DNA of 64,000 nucleotides from an uncultured Pseudomonadota bacterium (GCA_900696485.1 CAADGG010000013.1:51771-115770); one strand, 5' to 3'; shown: positions 35,092-44,680, counted from the first letter of the stretch. Numbers and translations are program-made. The notes: generated from the sequence alone by a model not told the origin.

Positions 35092-36599
35092 GGCGTTCCG
35101 CCCGCGTCGGGCGCGAAGGCGTCGTGATCCGGGCCTGATCCGGCGCCGTCGAGCGAGAGCCCCTCGTCGCGATCCGCCGCGTCGGCGGCCGGCGCGGTCG
35201 ACACGAAACGGTTCCGGAACGCCTCGAGACTCACCGGAACGTGTTCGGCGAGGGCCGCGTCCATCCGGAAGACGGTCGGGCGGTCGGCCCGCTTCGCGAG
35301 CACGCGGTCACCCTGCAGGACGCCGAACTGCACGTCGGCGAGCACCGGCGCGTCGCCGCCCGTCTCGGGCGACTTGCCGAAGACCCGGATCGCCGTGTGC
35401 GCCGGCGAGAGGCCGAGACCTTCGAGTTCCTCGGGACCCATTCCATCGGCGGCGATGTCGGCGGCGTCGAGACGCGCCAGCTCCGCGACGAACCGCGACG
35501 CGAGCTCGGCGGCCATCGGCTCCGGCGTCGTCTCCCAGCCCGATTCGCCACGGGTCCCGGTGATCGTGACGATCCCGGTCGCTCCCGGCGACGCCGCCGG
35601 ATCCTGGAACACCAGCTCGAAGCGCTCGGCGTCGCTCGCCACGTACCGGGAGAGCTGCTTGAAGCGGAAGGCATCGACACGCTTCGGCAGCTTCTCGAAG
35701 CTCGGTTCGGGAATCGCGTACAGGGCCGCTTCGGCGGCCTTTGCCACACGCGTCTCGTCGTCGATCCGGTGCCCGATCGCGAGCTCCCAGCGCGGCGGCT
35801 CCTCCCCTTCCTCCGCGCGGCCGGTCAGCACGACGCGGTACCCCGGATCGTCGAGCCCGACCTCGGCCGCGGCCGGAGGTTCGTCGATGAACCCGTCGGC
35901 GCGCAGGAACACGAGATCCGACAACAGCGTCTCGATCGCATCCTCGTCGGCTTCGTCGTCGATCGGTGCGGACATCCGCCAGACGTCGTCGCGACGTTCC
36001 ACGACGATGCCGCCATCGGTCCACTCGATGTCGATGCGAGCCACGTCGCCGCGTTCGAAGCGCAGCGGCCGGCGCTCGCGCAGGTCATCGAGGGCCTTGT
36101 CGAAGCTCGACGTCTTGAACGTTGCGACGGTGTAGACGGAAGCGCCTTCCAGCACTCCGGTCACGGCATACTGGTTGGCGCCGACCGGCGTCGGCTTGCC
36201 GATCCGCAGCTCGTGCTCCTGGCCCGCCGCACCGAAGCGGAGGATCCGGGCCTCGTCGCCGAGGCCATACACGGACAGCGGTTGGGGATCCTCGAGCACC
36301 GTCTCGCTGGACAGCGTGGCGAGCGCCGTCGCGATGGCATCGGCGGCCGTCGCATCGGCCGGGAAATCGATCGGCTCGACGACCCGCCACGCGCCCTCGC
36401 GGCGCGCCAGCCGCACCGGACGGCCGTCGCTGGTCGTGAGTCCGATCCACTCGATCTGTGTGGGTTCGAGCGCTCCGAACAGGCGCTTGGCCTGCTCGGT
36501 CGCCTCGAGGGTCTGCGTCTCGTGCCGGTTCGAGAGCCAGATCCCGGCTCCGAGCGCGAGTGCGACCCCCAGCAGGATTCCGGTACTGCGCCAGGACAC
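35088..36599 (-). CDS. DUF4340-domain protein (GldG-associated)
   Basis: GTG 36599 lies 10 nt after the GldG-like stop. The protein has an N-terminal TM segment and repeated beta-rich modules. The call also rests on its position after gldG. Confidence 0.65.
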   Translation of the reverse strand: MSWRSTGILLGVALALGAGIWLSNRHETQTLEATEQAKRLFGALEPTQIEWIGLTTSDGRPVRLARREGAWRVVEPIDFPADATAADAIATALATLSSETVLEDPQPLSVYGLGDEARILRFGAAGQEHELRIGKPTPVGANQYAVTGVLEGASVYTVATFKTSSFDKALDDLRERRPLRFERGDVARIDIEWTDGGIVVERRDDVWRMSAPIDDEADEDAIETLLSDLVFLRADGFIDEPPAAAEVGLDDPGYRVVLTGRAEEGEEPPRWELAIGHRIDDETRVAKAAEAALYAIPEPSFEKLPKRVDAFRFKQLSRYVASDAERFELVFQDPAASPGATGIVTITGTRGESGWETTPEPMAAELASRFVAELARLDAADIAADGMGPEELEGLGLSPAHTAIRVFGKSPETGGDAPVLADVQFGVLQGDRVLAKRADRPTVFRMDAALAEHVPVSLEAFRNRFVSTAPAADAADRDEGLSLDGAGSGPDHDAFAPDAGGTP

Positions 36600-36609
36600 C
36601 GCGCGGTCC

Positions 36610-38229
36610 CTAACGACCCGGCGCCCGCCGCCGGCTCCACCAGGCGAGCACGCCGATGATCGCGATGCCCTGCGGCAGCAGGAACAGTGCCACGTAGCGG
36701 ATCTGCGACAGCTGTTCGGTCGACAGCAGGAGCCGGGACGCACGGGACTGGTTGGGGCGGATCGAGATCGCCTCCTCGTCCCCGAGCAGCCAGTTCACCG
36801 AGTTCACGAACAGGTCGCGATTGCGGTAGGCGCCGATCGCCTGATTGGCGGCGAAGTCGCTGTCCCCGAACACGACCAGCCGCGGCTCCGGCGGGGTCGC
36901 CGGCGCGTCGTCGCCGTCCGCGGCGGCGGGCGGCGCACTCGCGGTCTGTGGCCGGCCGGCGACGGCGAGCGCGACCGGCCCGGGCAGGTCGTCCGGCCCC
37001 AGCTCCGCGGTCCCGTCCCCGAAGAGCGAGTCGAGATCGCGCTCGGCCCACGCATTGTCGCCGGTGCGCACCAGTTCGACGAAGCGGCCCGGCGCCCCCT
37101 CCCCGTCGGCCGGCGCGCGCGGGCGCACACTCCGCGCCATCGGGAACAGCGTCACCTCACGCATCTCCCGGGTGATCGGATGGTCGCCATACTGCCCGGC
37201 GAGCGGCGACATCGCCTGTCCGAAGAGACTCTGCAGACGATCCACGATCGCATCGTCTCCGAGTTCTACGCCCCAGGCGGCCAACGTGTCGCCGAGATCC
37301 GTCTGCGCGCGCGGATCCACCATCGCCAGCACCGAGCCGCCGCGGGCCAGGTAGCGATCCAGCTTGTCGGCATCCCCAGGTCGCAACGGACGCGTCGGCC
37401 CGGCGAGAATCACCACGTCGGCGTCGTCCGGCACGTCCGCCTGGGTCTCCAGGTGGATCGTCTCGACCTGGTAGTTCTCGTTGCGCAGCGCGTCGGCGGC
37501 CTGCCCGAAGCCCTCCTTGCCGTCGGCATCCTTGCCGAGCGGCGGCCGCTCGCCGTGGCCGGTAACGAAGTAGACCTTCTTCTCACCCTGTCGTGTCAGC
37601 TTCAGCATCGCGTTGGTCAGCTTCGACTCGTCCGGCTCGGTGAGCTCGAGCGACTCCTCGCCGATCGCCACGTACAGCAGCCCCTCGCCGAGCTTCTCCG
37701 GCGCCACCGCGTACTTCTCGATCAGATCCGGCCGCTGGTTGGGATCCGCATACTCGACCTGGAAGCGCGGGCTTGCATAGTGGTACTTGTCGAGCAGCGA
37801 GCGAATCGCGGGCTGCTCCGTCTTCGGGTAGAAGGCGACGACCCGGACGTCCTGCTCCAGTCCCTCGAGGACCTTCTGTGTCTGATCGGACAGCGAGTGC
37901 ACGCCGGCTTCGCTGAGATCCCAACGATGGTGATAGCGGTTGGCGAAGAAGGCGAGCGCACCGACGATGAACAAGGCGATCACCGTCTGCAGCACCGCGC
38001 TGGTGCCGTAGCGGCCGATCCGCCGCCCTTCCCCCGACGCCATCCGCTCGCGGATCGCGTCGAAGTTGCTGACCACCGCACTGACCAGCAGCACCACGCC
38101 GATCACGAAGTTGCTGATGATCCAGGCCAGGTCGGTCGGCGCCCCGGCGAGCAGCAGGAAGACGGACAGCAGCCCGAACACGAAGAAGACCGTGCCGAGA
38201 CCGAGCAACAGCGCCGGAATGCCCGTCAT
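36610..38229 (-). CDS. GldG-like ABC-transport auxiliary component
   Basis: Track ORF. It has N- and C-terminal TM anchors and a large periplasmic domain (VRVVAFYP..., VVILAGPTRPL...). Confidence 0.8.
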   Translation of the reverse strand: MTGIPALLLGLGTVFFVFGLLSVFLLLAGAPTDLAWIISNFVIGVVLLVSAVVSNFDAIRERMASGEGRRIGRYGTSAVLQTVIALFIVGALAFFANRYHHRWDLSEAGVHSLSDQTQKVLEGLEQDVRVVAFYPKTEQPAIRSLLDKYHYASPRFQVEYADPNQRPDLIEKYAVAPEKLGEGLLYVAIGEESLELTEPDESKLTNAMLKLTRQGEKKVYFVTGHGERPPLGKDADGKEGFGQAADALRNENYQVETIHLETQADVPDDADVVILAGPTRPLRPGDADKLDRYLARGGSVLAMVDPRAQTDLGDTLAAWGVELGDDAIVDRLQSLFGQAMSPLAGQYGDHPITREMREVTLFPMARSVRPRAPADGEGAPGRFVELVRTGDNAWAERDLDSLFGDGTAELGPDDLPGPVALAVAGRPQTASAPPAAADGDDAPATPPEPRLVVFGDSDFAANQAIGAYRNRDLFVNSVNWLLGDEEAISIRPNQSRASRLLLSTEQLSQIRYVALFLLPQGIAIIGVLAWWSRRRAPGR

Positions 38230-38230
38230 G

Positions 38231-39025
38231 TCAGCGCCACCTCACCGATTCGACGGCTGCCCGCGTCACGATCAGGAAGCCCGCGACGAGGGCCGCGAAG
38301 TACGCCAGATCCTTGGTGTCGGCGAGGCCCATCACCAGCGACTCGAAGTGCTCGGCGGTCGACAGCCAGCGCAGCACTCCGGCGAAGGACTCGTTGCTGA
38401 CCGCGCCGCCAGCCGCCCCGAGATCCGCCAGGAACCCGAGCATCCACAGCACCAGCAGCATCACGAAGGCCAGGAAGAACGCGATCAGCTGACTCTGGGT
38501 CACCGCCGATGCAAAGCTGCCGATCGCCGCATAGGTGACGCCGATCAGCAGCAGCCCGGCCAGACCGGCGAGCGTCTTGCCCAGCTCCGGATCGCCGTAC
38601 CAGAACAGCAGTGCGGGATAGATCGCCAGCAGCAGCACCAGCAGGGCGACGAAGCTCGCGGCGGCGAGGAACTTGCCGAGCACCAGCTCCCAGATCGTGA
38701 TCGGACTGGTCAACAGCAACTCCTGGGTTCCGTTGGCCTTCTCCGACGCGAACAGCCCCATCGTGATGCCGGGGATCAGGAACAGCATCACGACCGACAT
38801 GACATGGATGAACGGCGCGATCACGTGGTCGTTGAGGTTCAGCTCCTCGAGCTGCTGCGCCATCTGGAACGCCTGCATGCGCACGATGTAGTCCTGGAAT
38901 TGCAGCACGCCGGACAGGAAGAAGAAGCCCGCCAAAACGGCGAAGAGCACCAGCACGGCGTACGCCACCGGCGACGAGAACAAGGAACGCAGTTCGCGGC
39001 CGGCAATGGCCCCGACGTGCCTCAC
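38231..39025 (-). CDS. ABC-2 type transporter permease (GldF-like)
   Basis: GTG 39025 overlaps the ATPase stop (GTGA). The protein has six hydrophobic segments and contains EKANGTQELLLTSP. Confidence 0.8.
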   Translation of the reverse strand: MRHVGAIAGRELRSLFSSPVAYAVLVLFAVLAGFFFLSGVLQFQDYIVRMQAFQMAQQLEELNLNDHVIAPFIHVMSVVMLFLIPGITMGLFASEKANGTQELLLTSPITIWELVLGKFLAAASFVALLVLLLAIYPALLFWYGDPELGKTLAGLAGLLLIGVTYAAIGSFASAVTQSQLIAFFLAFVMLLVLWMLGFLADLGAAGGAVSNESFAGVLRWLSTAEHFESLVMGLADTKDLAYFAALVAGFLIVTRAAVESVRWR

Positions 39026-39831
39026 GAGCGGACCTCCGATTCCTGCGCCCCGGTCCGATCGTCGGACGGAGCCTCGGGCGCCGGCCGCTCGGCGTGCTCT
39101 CCCGGCTCCCGGGCCGTGGCACGGGCGAAGATCTCTTCGAGGCTGGCGCCGCCGGCCTGCAGCTCCGCCAGGGGTCGGTCGACGACCTTGCGCCCGCGAT
39201 TCAGGATCAAGACCCGCCGGCAGATCGCCTCCACCTCCGGCAGGATGTGCGTCGACAGGATCACCGTGCGGGCCTTGTCGCCCTTCGTCTCGCGTGCCAG
39301 CTCGGCGATCAGCGAGCGGATCTCGCGAATCTGGATCGGATCGAGCCCGACAGTCGGCTCGTCGAGGATCAGCACCGACGGATCGTGCACGATCGCCTGG
39401 GCCAGGCCGACGCGCTGGCGATAGCCCTTCGACAGCGCGCCGATCACGCGCCGGCGGACATCGGCGAGCCCGCAGCGCTCGAGCGCCCGGTCGACGGCGG
39501 CCCGACGCTGCGCCCGCGGCACGTCCTTGATCTTCGCCACATACGTCAGATAGCCCTCGACGCTCATCTCGGGATACAGGGGCGGCGTCTCCGGCAGGTA
39601 GCCGACGGCGCGGCGCGCGGCGAGCGGTTCGTCGAAGATGTCGTGCCCGGCGATCGTGACGCTGCCGTCGGTCGGCGGCAGGAAGCCCGTCAGCATCCGC
39701 ATCGTGGTGGTCTTGCCGGCGCCGTTCGGGCCGAGGAACCCCACGACCTCGCCGGGCTGGATCGAGAAGCTGACGTCTTCCACGGCGATCAGTTCGCCAT
39801 AGCGCTTCGAGAGACCGCGCGCCTCGATCAT
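39022..39831 (-). CDS. ABC transporter ATP-binding protein
   Basis: Track ORF. It has GPNGAGKTT, the signature LSKGYRQRV and Walker B ILDEP. ATG 39831 overlaps the TetR stop (ATGA). Confidence 0.9.
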   Translation of the reverse strand: MIEARGLSKRYGELIAVEDVSFSIQPGEVVGFLGPNGAGKTTTMRMLTGFLPPTDGSVTIAGHDIFDEPLAARRAVGYLPETPPLYPEMSVEGYLTYVAKIKDVPRAQRRAAVDRALERCGLADVRRRVIGALSKGYRQRVGLAQAIVHDPSVLILDEPTVGLDPIQIREIRSLIAELARETKGDKARTVILSTHILPEVEAICRRVLILNRGRKVVDRPLAELQAGGASLEEIFARATAREPGEHAERPAPEAPSDDRTGAQESEVRS

Positions 39832-40445
39832 TGCGCTCGACCAGCCCGCAGCCCGCCGAGGAACAGCTCGACGACGGCCCGCACCGTGCGGTCATCGGAT
39901 GCATCGGGCTCCTCGGGGAGCTGCATCACACCGAGTACCTGGCTCGTGATCATGGTCTCCAGTGCTCCGACGTAGGCGAGACAGGCGACCTGGGGGTCGA
40001 TGTCGTCGCGCAGCTCTCCGGCCTCCTGCCCGTTTCGCAGGACGCACTCGACGGACCGGAACAGACGACCGACCGCACGGATTTGTTCGGGCTCCGAGAA
40101 ACGCGACGAGCGCCGGATCTCGAACACCAGCACCTTCACCCAGTCCGGACGACGCCGATAGGCGTACAGCACCAACCCGGCCAGCGCGTGCAGCTTTTCG
40201 GCCGCCGTGCCGGGCCCCTGCGTCACTTGCTCGACGACGCGCAGGAAGGCGTTCCAGCGCTCGTCGAAGATCGTGCGCAGGATCTCTTCCTTGTTCTTGA
40301 AGTAGTGATAGACGAGGCCGTACGCGATCCCAGCCTCGGCGGCGATGTCCGACACACGCGCCCCGTGGTAGCCATGGAGCGCGAAGACGCGGATCGCGGC
40401 TTCGAGAATGTGCTCGCGCTTGGCACCGCGCGCCGCGCTCGACAC
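39828..40445 (-). CDS. TetR/AcrR-family transcriptional regulator
   Basis: The helix-turn-helix reads ILEAAIRVFALHGYHGARVSDIAAEAGIAYGLVYHYF. The GTG 40445 start is chosen to give 205 aa. Track ORF 39828..40655 allows a start up to 70 aa further upstream. Confidence 0.75.
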   Translation of the reverse strand: MSSAARGAKREHILEAAIRVFALHGYHGARVSDIAAEAGIAYGLVYHYFKNKEEILRTIFDERWNAFLRVVEQVTQGPGTAAEKLHALAGLVLYAYRRRPDWVKVLVFEIRRSSRFSEPEQIRAVGRLFRSVECVLRNGQEAGELRDDIDPQVACLAYVGALETMITSQVLGVMQLPEEPDASDDRTVRAVVELFLGGLRAGRAQ

Positions 40446-40739
40446 GGCGCCTGCCGGGAGCGGCGGCGCGCCGGGCAGATCGGCCACGCCGGCGGCGCCC
40501 GTCGCCGGCGGCGACGGGTCTACGCCACGACGCTTCTCCGGCGCGGTCTCTCGAGTCGTCTCGGCAAGCGGCGGAAGAGCGGCTCTCGATCCCGGCAAGC
40601 CTGCGTTCTCCCTTCGGAAATTCTGACTCGGGGCGGTCGCATTGTACGGGCGCAAGGGCGCTCGTCAAGCCAGCGCCGGCGAACCGCCCCACGACCGGAC
40701 GGTTCTGGCAGCTTGCTCCGGCTCCGATAGTCTTCCGCC

Positions 40740-40991
40740 ATGCGTCCGCGACTCCGCCATGCCGCCCTGGGCCTGCTCACGCTCGGCGCCCTCGCGGGAT
40801 CCGTCCCGGCTGCGGCGACGACGACGGCCGAAGCGGAGACGGCGGCCCTCGCGGAAGCCCGTCGCTGGCAGGGTCGCTGGTGCCCGCCGACCGGTTGCGC
40901 TCCGCCGGCCCCCGCCTCGGCCGCCAGTGTCGGTGGCTTCGCCGCTGCCGCGCTCGGGGCCGTGCTGCTGGCGCGCCGCCGTCGCCGCTGA
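40740..40991 (+). CDS. small secreted protein (83 aa) with a MYXO-CTERM/PEP-CTERM-like C-terminal sorting signal
   Basis: Track ORF. It has the signal peptide MRPRLRHAALGLLTLGALAGSVPA. The C-terminal tripartite tail reads TGCAPP...GGFAAAALGAVLLARRRRR. Confidence 0.5.
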   Translation: MRPRLRHAALGLLTLGALAGSVPAAATTTAEAETAALAEARRWQGRWCPPTGCAPPAPASAASVGGFAAAALGAVLLARRRRR

Positions 40992-41010
40992 GTCGCGGCC
41001 CGCGTCGCGA

Positions 41011-42135
41011 GTGCGCATCGCGGTCGTGATCGAGCGCTTCGAACCGCTGGGCGGGGTCGAGGGCGCCGCGTGGCAGCTCGCCCACGGCCTCGCCGCCGCC
41101 GGCGACGACGTGCACGTCGTCGCCCGGCGCAGCCTCCCGGCGGCCGCCATCCAGTCGCATCCGGTCGCCGTCTCGACCGCCTGGCAGCCGGCTCGCGTGG
41201 CGACCTTCTCGCGGGCCGCGCGCCGCGCCGCCCCGCGAGGCGCCTTCGACATCGTGCACTCGTTTTCGCGCACGCGACATCAGGACGTGTACTCGGCGGA
41301 CGGCGGGAGTCACGCCGCGTACATGGAACGCCAGTACTCCCGGCTCGGACACGCCGCCCGGCGGTTTTCTCCGCGCCATGCGATCCTGCTCGCGATCGAG
41401 GCGCGCGTCTTCGCCGACCCCACCCAGACCGTGCTGTGCCCGTCTCGCTTCGTCGCCGAGGACATCGCGGTGCGACATGGCGTTCCCCGCGAACGCCTCG
41501 AAGTGATTCCGTACGGTATCGATCTCGCCCGCTTCGACCCAGCACTCCGGAGCACGGCCCGCACGACCGTGCGCGCCGAGCTCGACACCGGCGACGATCC
41601 GGTCTGGTTGCTGGTCGGCTCGGGTTGGCGACGCAAGGGCCTCGACACCGCGCTGCGCGCCCTGGCGTCCAGCCGGGCCGGCGACACCATGCTGTGGGTC
41701 GCTGGGAGCGATGCCCCCGCGGCCTGGCAGGCGCGGTCCGCAGCGCTCGGCGTCGCGTCCCGCGTCCGCTTCCTCGGTCCGCGAAGCGATGTCGAACGCC
41801 TCTACGCCGCAGCCGACGCGCTGCTGCTGCCGACCCGCTACGACGCGTTCGGTGCGGTGTGTCTCGAAGCGGCCGCCGCCGCGCTGCCGGTCGTCACGAG
41901 CAGCGCGGCCGGCGCCGCGGAGATCCTCGGCGAGGGGGCCGTAGTCGTCGCGGATGCCGGGGATGCCACCGGCTTCGCGGCCGCCCTCGAGACGCTGAGG
42001 GACCCCGCGGTCCGCCGCGCGCGCGGCGCGGCGGGCCGCCAGCAGGCCGAGCAACACGGCATCGCGACCCGAATTGCCGCGGTGCGTGCGCTCTATGCCC
42101 GTATTCTGGCGCGCCGCCGGAATCGGTCCGCATGA
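41011..42135 (+). CDS. glycosyltransferase family 4
   Basis: GTG at 41011. The sequence contains RIAVVIERFEPLGGVEGAAWQLA and the EX7E-type region DAFGAVCLEAAAAALPVVTS. Confidence 0.85.
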   Translation: MRIAVVIERFEPLGGVEGAAWQLAHGLAAAGDDVHVVARRSLPAAAIQSHPVAVSTAWQPARVATFSRAARRAAPRGAFDIVHSFSRTRHQDVYSADGGSHAAYMERQYSRLGHAARRFSPRHAILLAIEARVFADPTQTVLCPSRFVAEDIAVRHGVPRERLEVIPYGIDLARFDPALRSTARTTVRAELDTGDDPVWLLVGSGWRRKGLDTALRALASSRAGDTMLWVAGSDAPAAWQARSAALGVASRVRFLGPRSDVERLYAAADALLLPTRYDAFGAVCLEAAAAALPVVTSSAAGAAEILGEGAVVVADAGDATGFAAALETLRDPAVRRARGAAGRQQAEQHGIATRIAAVRALYARILARRRNRSA

Positions 42136-43691
42136 TTCCGGCGCCTGCCTCCGTGCGCTGGACGTGCGGGGACGGACGTCTCGCACAGGCCGTCTCCGCG
42201 GCCCTCGCCCGGGATCGCTTCGACTTGCTCGCCGCGAGCCGCCATCGGCGTTCCCTGCGCATCGCGACACCGGATCGCATCGTGCTGGTGAAGCACTTCC
42301 GGGTCGGCTCGGGTCCCCATCCACGACGCGAAGGCGTCAAGGCCCGGATCGGGCGGGCCGCCGCCGATCGCGAGTGGCGCGCGCTGCGCGCGTTGCACCG
42401 GAGCGGCCTTCCCGTCCCGGAGCCGTTGGCGCTCGGGCGCGGCGCCGATGGCGATCGCCTGCTCGCGATGGCCTGGGTCGACGGCATTCCGCTGCTTGCC
42501 GCGTTGCACGCCGCAACCCCGCGCGGCCGCCGCGAGCTGCTGGAGGCGCTCGGGCGGGAGCTCGAGCGGCTGCACGCCACCGGCTGGGCACATGGCGATC
42601 TCCATCCCGGAAACCTGTTGGTGTGCGCTTCCGGAATCGTGCTGCTCGATTGGCAGCGTGCCCGCCCGCGAGCCTCGGCGGCGGCCCGGGCACGAGATCT
42701 CGCGCGCCTCGAGCACGCCCTCGCGCCATTCGTTCCGCGCACGGATCGCATTCGACTCCGGGCCGCCGCACTCGGCTGCAAGCGACCTTTCGCGGTGGCG
42801 GACCGGGCGGCGCTGCGCGCGGCCGGACGCCGGGCGGATCACCGCGCCGAGGAGTTCGCACGCCGTCGCACCGGACGGCTGCTGCGGCCCGGCGGCGAGA
42901 TCGTGCGTGCCGCCTGTGGCGACCGGCACGGACTGCGCCTGCGCACGCTCGATCCCGAGCTGCTGGCCGAGCTGCTGGCCGCCCACGAAGCCGTCCTCGC
43001 CGCACCGGATGCGCGCGTGTTGAAGGACGACCACCGTGCGCGCGTCACCGGCCATGCCCTGCGCGGCCACGCGCTGGTCGTGAAGGAAGCGCCGTGGCGC
43101 GGTCTCGGACGCGCACTCGCCGACGTCGTGCGGGGCTCGGCCGCCCGCCGCGCGTGGCGTGCCGGACATGGGATCGCGCTGCGGCGGATCGGCGTCGCCG
43201 TCCCCCAGGCGTGGCTCGAACGCCGGCGCGCCGGAATCCCGGTGCGCTCGTGGATGGTTCTCGAGGATCTTCGCCCCGACATCCCCGCCGCCTTCGCGCT
43301 CGAGCACGGGCTCACCGCCGACGCCGTGCTCGACGCGCTCGTGCGTCTGCTCATCGATCTGCATCGCGGCGGCATCGACCACGGAGATCTGCAGAGCACG
43401 CACGTCTTCTTGCGCGAAGCGGCCGGTGGACTCGAGGGACGCCTGATCGATCTCGAGGCGGTCCGCTTCCGCTCCCCCCTCTCGGAAGCGAGGCGGCGCC
43501 AGGCGTTGGCCGAACTCAACGCCTCCCTGCCCGACGGCTTCTCCGACCGGGATCGCTGTCGTGCCTGGCAGCGCTACACGCGTGTCTTGCCGTGGCGACA
43601 CGACGCGACACGCGCGCGTCAGCAGGTGATCGCCGCAAGCCTGGCCCGCCGACATCGCTGGACCGGGCCGCGCTCCGGTCCGACCCGCTGA
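42132..43691 (+). CDS. protein with two tandem lipopolysaccharide-kinase (Kdo/WaaP)-fold domains
   Basis: ATG 42132 overlaps the GT4 stop (ATGA). Domain 1 has HGDLHPGNLLV...LLDWQ. Domain 2 has HGDLQSTHVFL...LIDLE. Confidence 0.75.
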   Translation: MIPAPASVRWTCGDGRLAQAVSAALARDRFDLLAASRHRRSLRIATPDRIVLVKHFRVGSGPHPRREGVKARIGRAAADREWRALRALHRSGLPVPEPLALGRGADGDRLLAMAWVDGIPLLAALHAATPRGRRELLEALGRELERLHATGWAHGDLHPGNLLVCASGIVLLDWQRARPRASAAARARDLARLEHALAPFVPRTDRIRLRAAALGCKRPFAVADRAALRAAGRRADHRAEEFARRRTGRLLRPGGEIVRAACGDRHGLRLRTLDPELLAELLAAHEAVLAAPDARVLKDDHRARVTGHALRGHALVVKEAPWRGLGRALADVVRGSAARRAWRAGHGIALRRIGVAVPQAWLERRRAGIPVRSWMVLEDLRPDIPAAFALEHGLTADAVLDALVRLLIDLHRGGIDHGDLQSTHVFLREAAGGLEGRLIDLEAVRFRSPLSEARRRQALAELNASLPDGFSDRDRCRAWQRYTRVLPWRHDATRARQQVIAASLARRHRWTGPRSGPTR

Positions 43692-43750
43692 GGACCACGG
43701 CCGGCACGCCGCGCGCGCCGGCGCCGCCGCGCCGGTTCGCAGGCCCGCGG

Positions 43751-44569
43751 TCAGCGATGCGGAGGAGCGGGCTTCGGATCCGATAGCAAGCGCCGCGCCA
43801 TCATCCGTTCATAGAGGGAAGGCGCCAGGCGGGTCAGCCAGTACGACGCATGCCCGACGGGCGAGAGCACGATCTGGCGACGGTTGCGCTGCACCGCCCG
43901 CACGATGGCCCGCGCCACCTGATCCGGTGTCGCGACGCGACCGGTGGTCGTGCGCACTTGTCGCGGGGGTCCCCCGTCCGGACCCAGCGCGGCGGCGGCA
44001 ATGCCCGTATCGGTGAAACCGGGACACACCAGCAGGACGCGCAGTCCGGCCTCCCGGCACTCGACGCGCAGGGACTCGAAGAGGCCATGCAAAGCGTGTT
44101 TGCTCGCGGCATAGCCGGCGCGGCCCGCCAGGGGCGCGAAGCCGGCGATGCTCGACAGGACGACCACCATGCCCTGCCGCGCCAGCAGACTCGGAAGCGC
44201 CGCCTGCGTGCAATGGACGGCCCCGAAGAAATTGACGTCCATCACCGCTCGCAAGACACTCACCTGTGTCTCAGCGACTGGACCGACGTGGGTGATGCCG
44301 GCGTTGTTCACGAGCACATCGATCCCGCCGAAGCGCTCCTCGACCGCCGCGAACGCACGCGTGCAGGACTCGGGGTCCGTCACATCGCAGGCCAGACCGA
44401 GGGTCTGCGTGCCGCCGGCGGCGAGTCGCTCGGCCAGAGCCAGGACGCCGGCTCCCTCGCGGTCCAGCAGCGCGAGCCGGGCTCCCTGCGCCGCGAAGCT
44501 GCGGCCGAGCGCGCTCCCGATCCCGCCCGCGGCTCCGGTGATCGCAACGACGTGGTTGTCGAGATCCAC
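43751..44569 (-). CDS. short-chain dehydrogenase/reductase
   Basis: Track ORF with a GTG start. The sequence contains ITGAAGGIGSALG and YAASK. Confidence 0.85.
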   Translation of the reverse strand: MDLDNHVVAITGAAGGIGSALGRSFAAQGARLALLDREGAGVLALAERLAAGGTQTLGLACDVTDPESCTRAFAAVEERFGGIDVLVNNAGITHVGPVAETQVSVLRAVMDVNFFGAVHCTQAALPSLLARQGMVVVLSSIAGFAPLAGRAGYAASKHALHGLFESLRVECREAGLRVLLVCPGFTDTGIAAAALGPDGGPPRQVRTTTGRVATPDQVARAIVRAVQRNRRQIVLSPVGHASYWLTRLAPSLYERMMARRLLSDPKPAPPHR

Positions 44570-44621
44570 CGGGGCAGCTCTCCTTGGCGAGTCGGCCGGG
44601 GCCGGTCCGGCCCCTGGCTCC

Positions 44622-44666
44622 GGTCCGGTTTGGTTCGGTCCGGTCCGGTTCGGTTCGGTTCAGTTC
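44622..44666. repeat. pentanucleotide tandem repeat (GGTYC) x9
   Basis: The units are ggtcc ggttt ggttc ggtcc ggtcc ggttc ggttc ggttc agttc. They lie in the 111-nt gap upstream of the SDR gene. Confidence 0.85.
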
Positions 44667-44680
44667 GACGCGCTCGGGCC

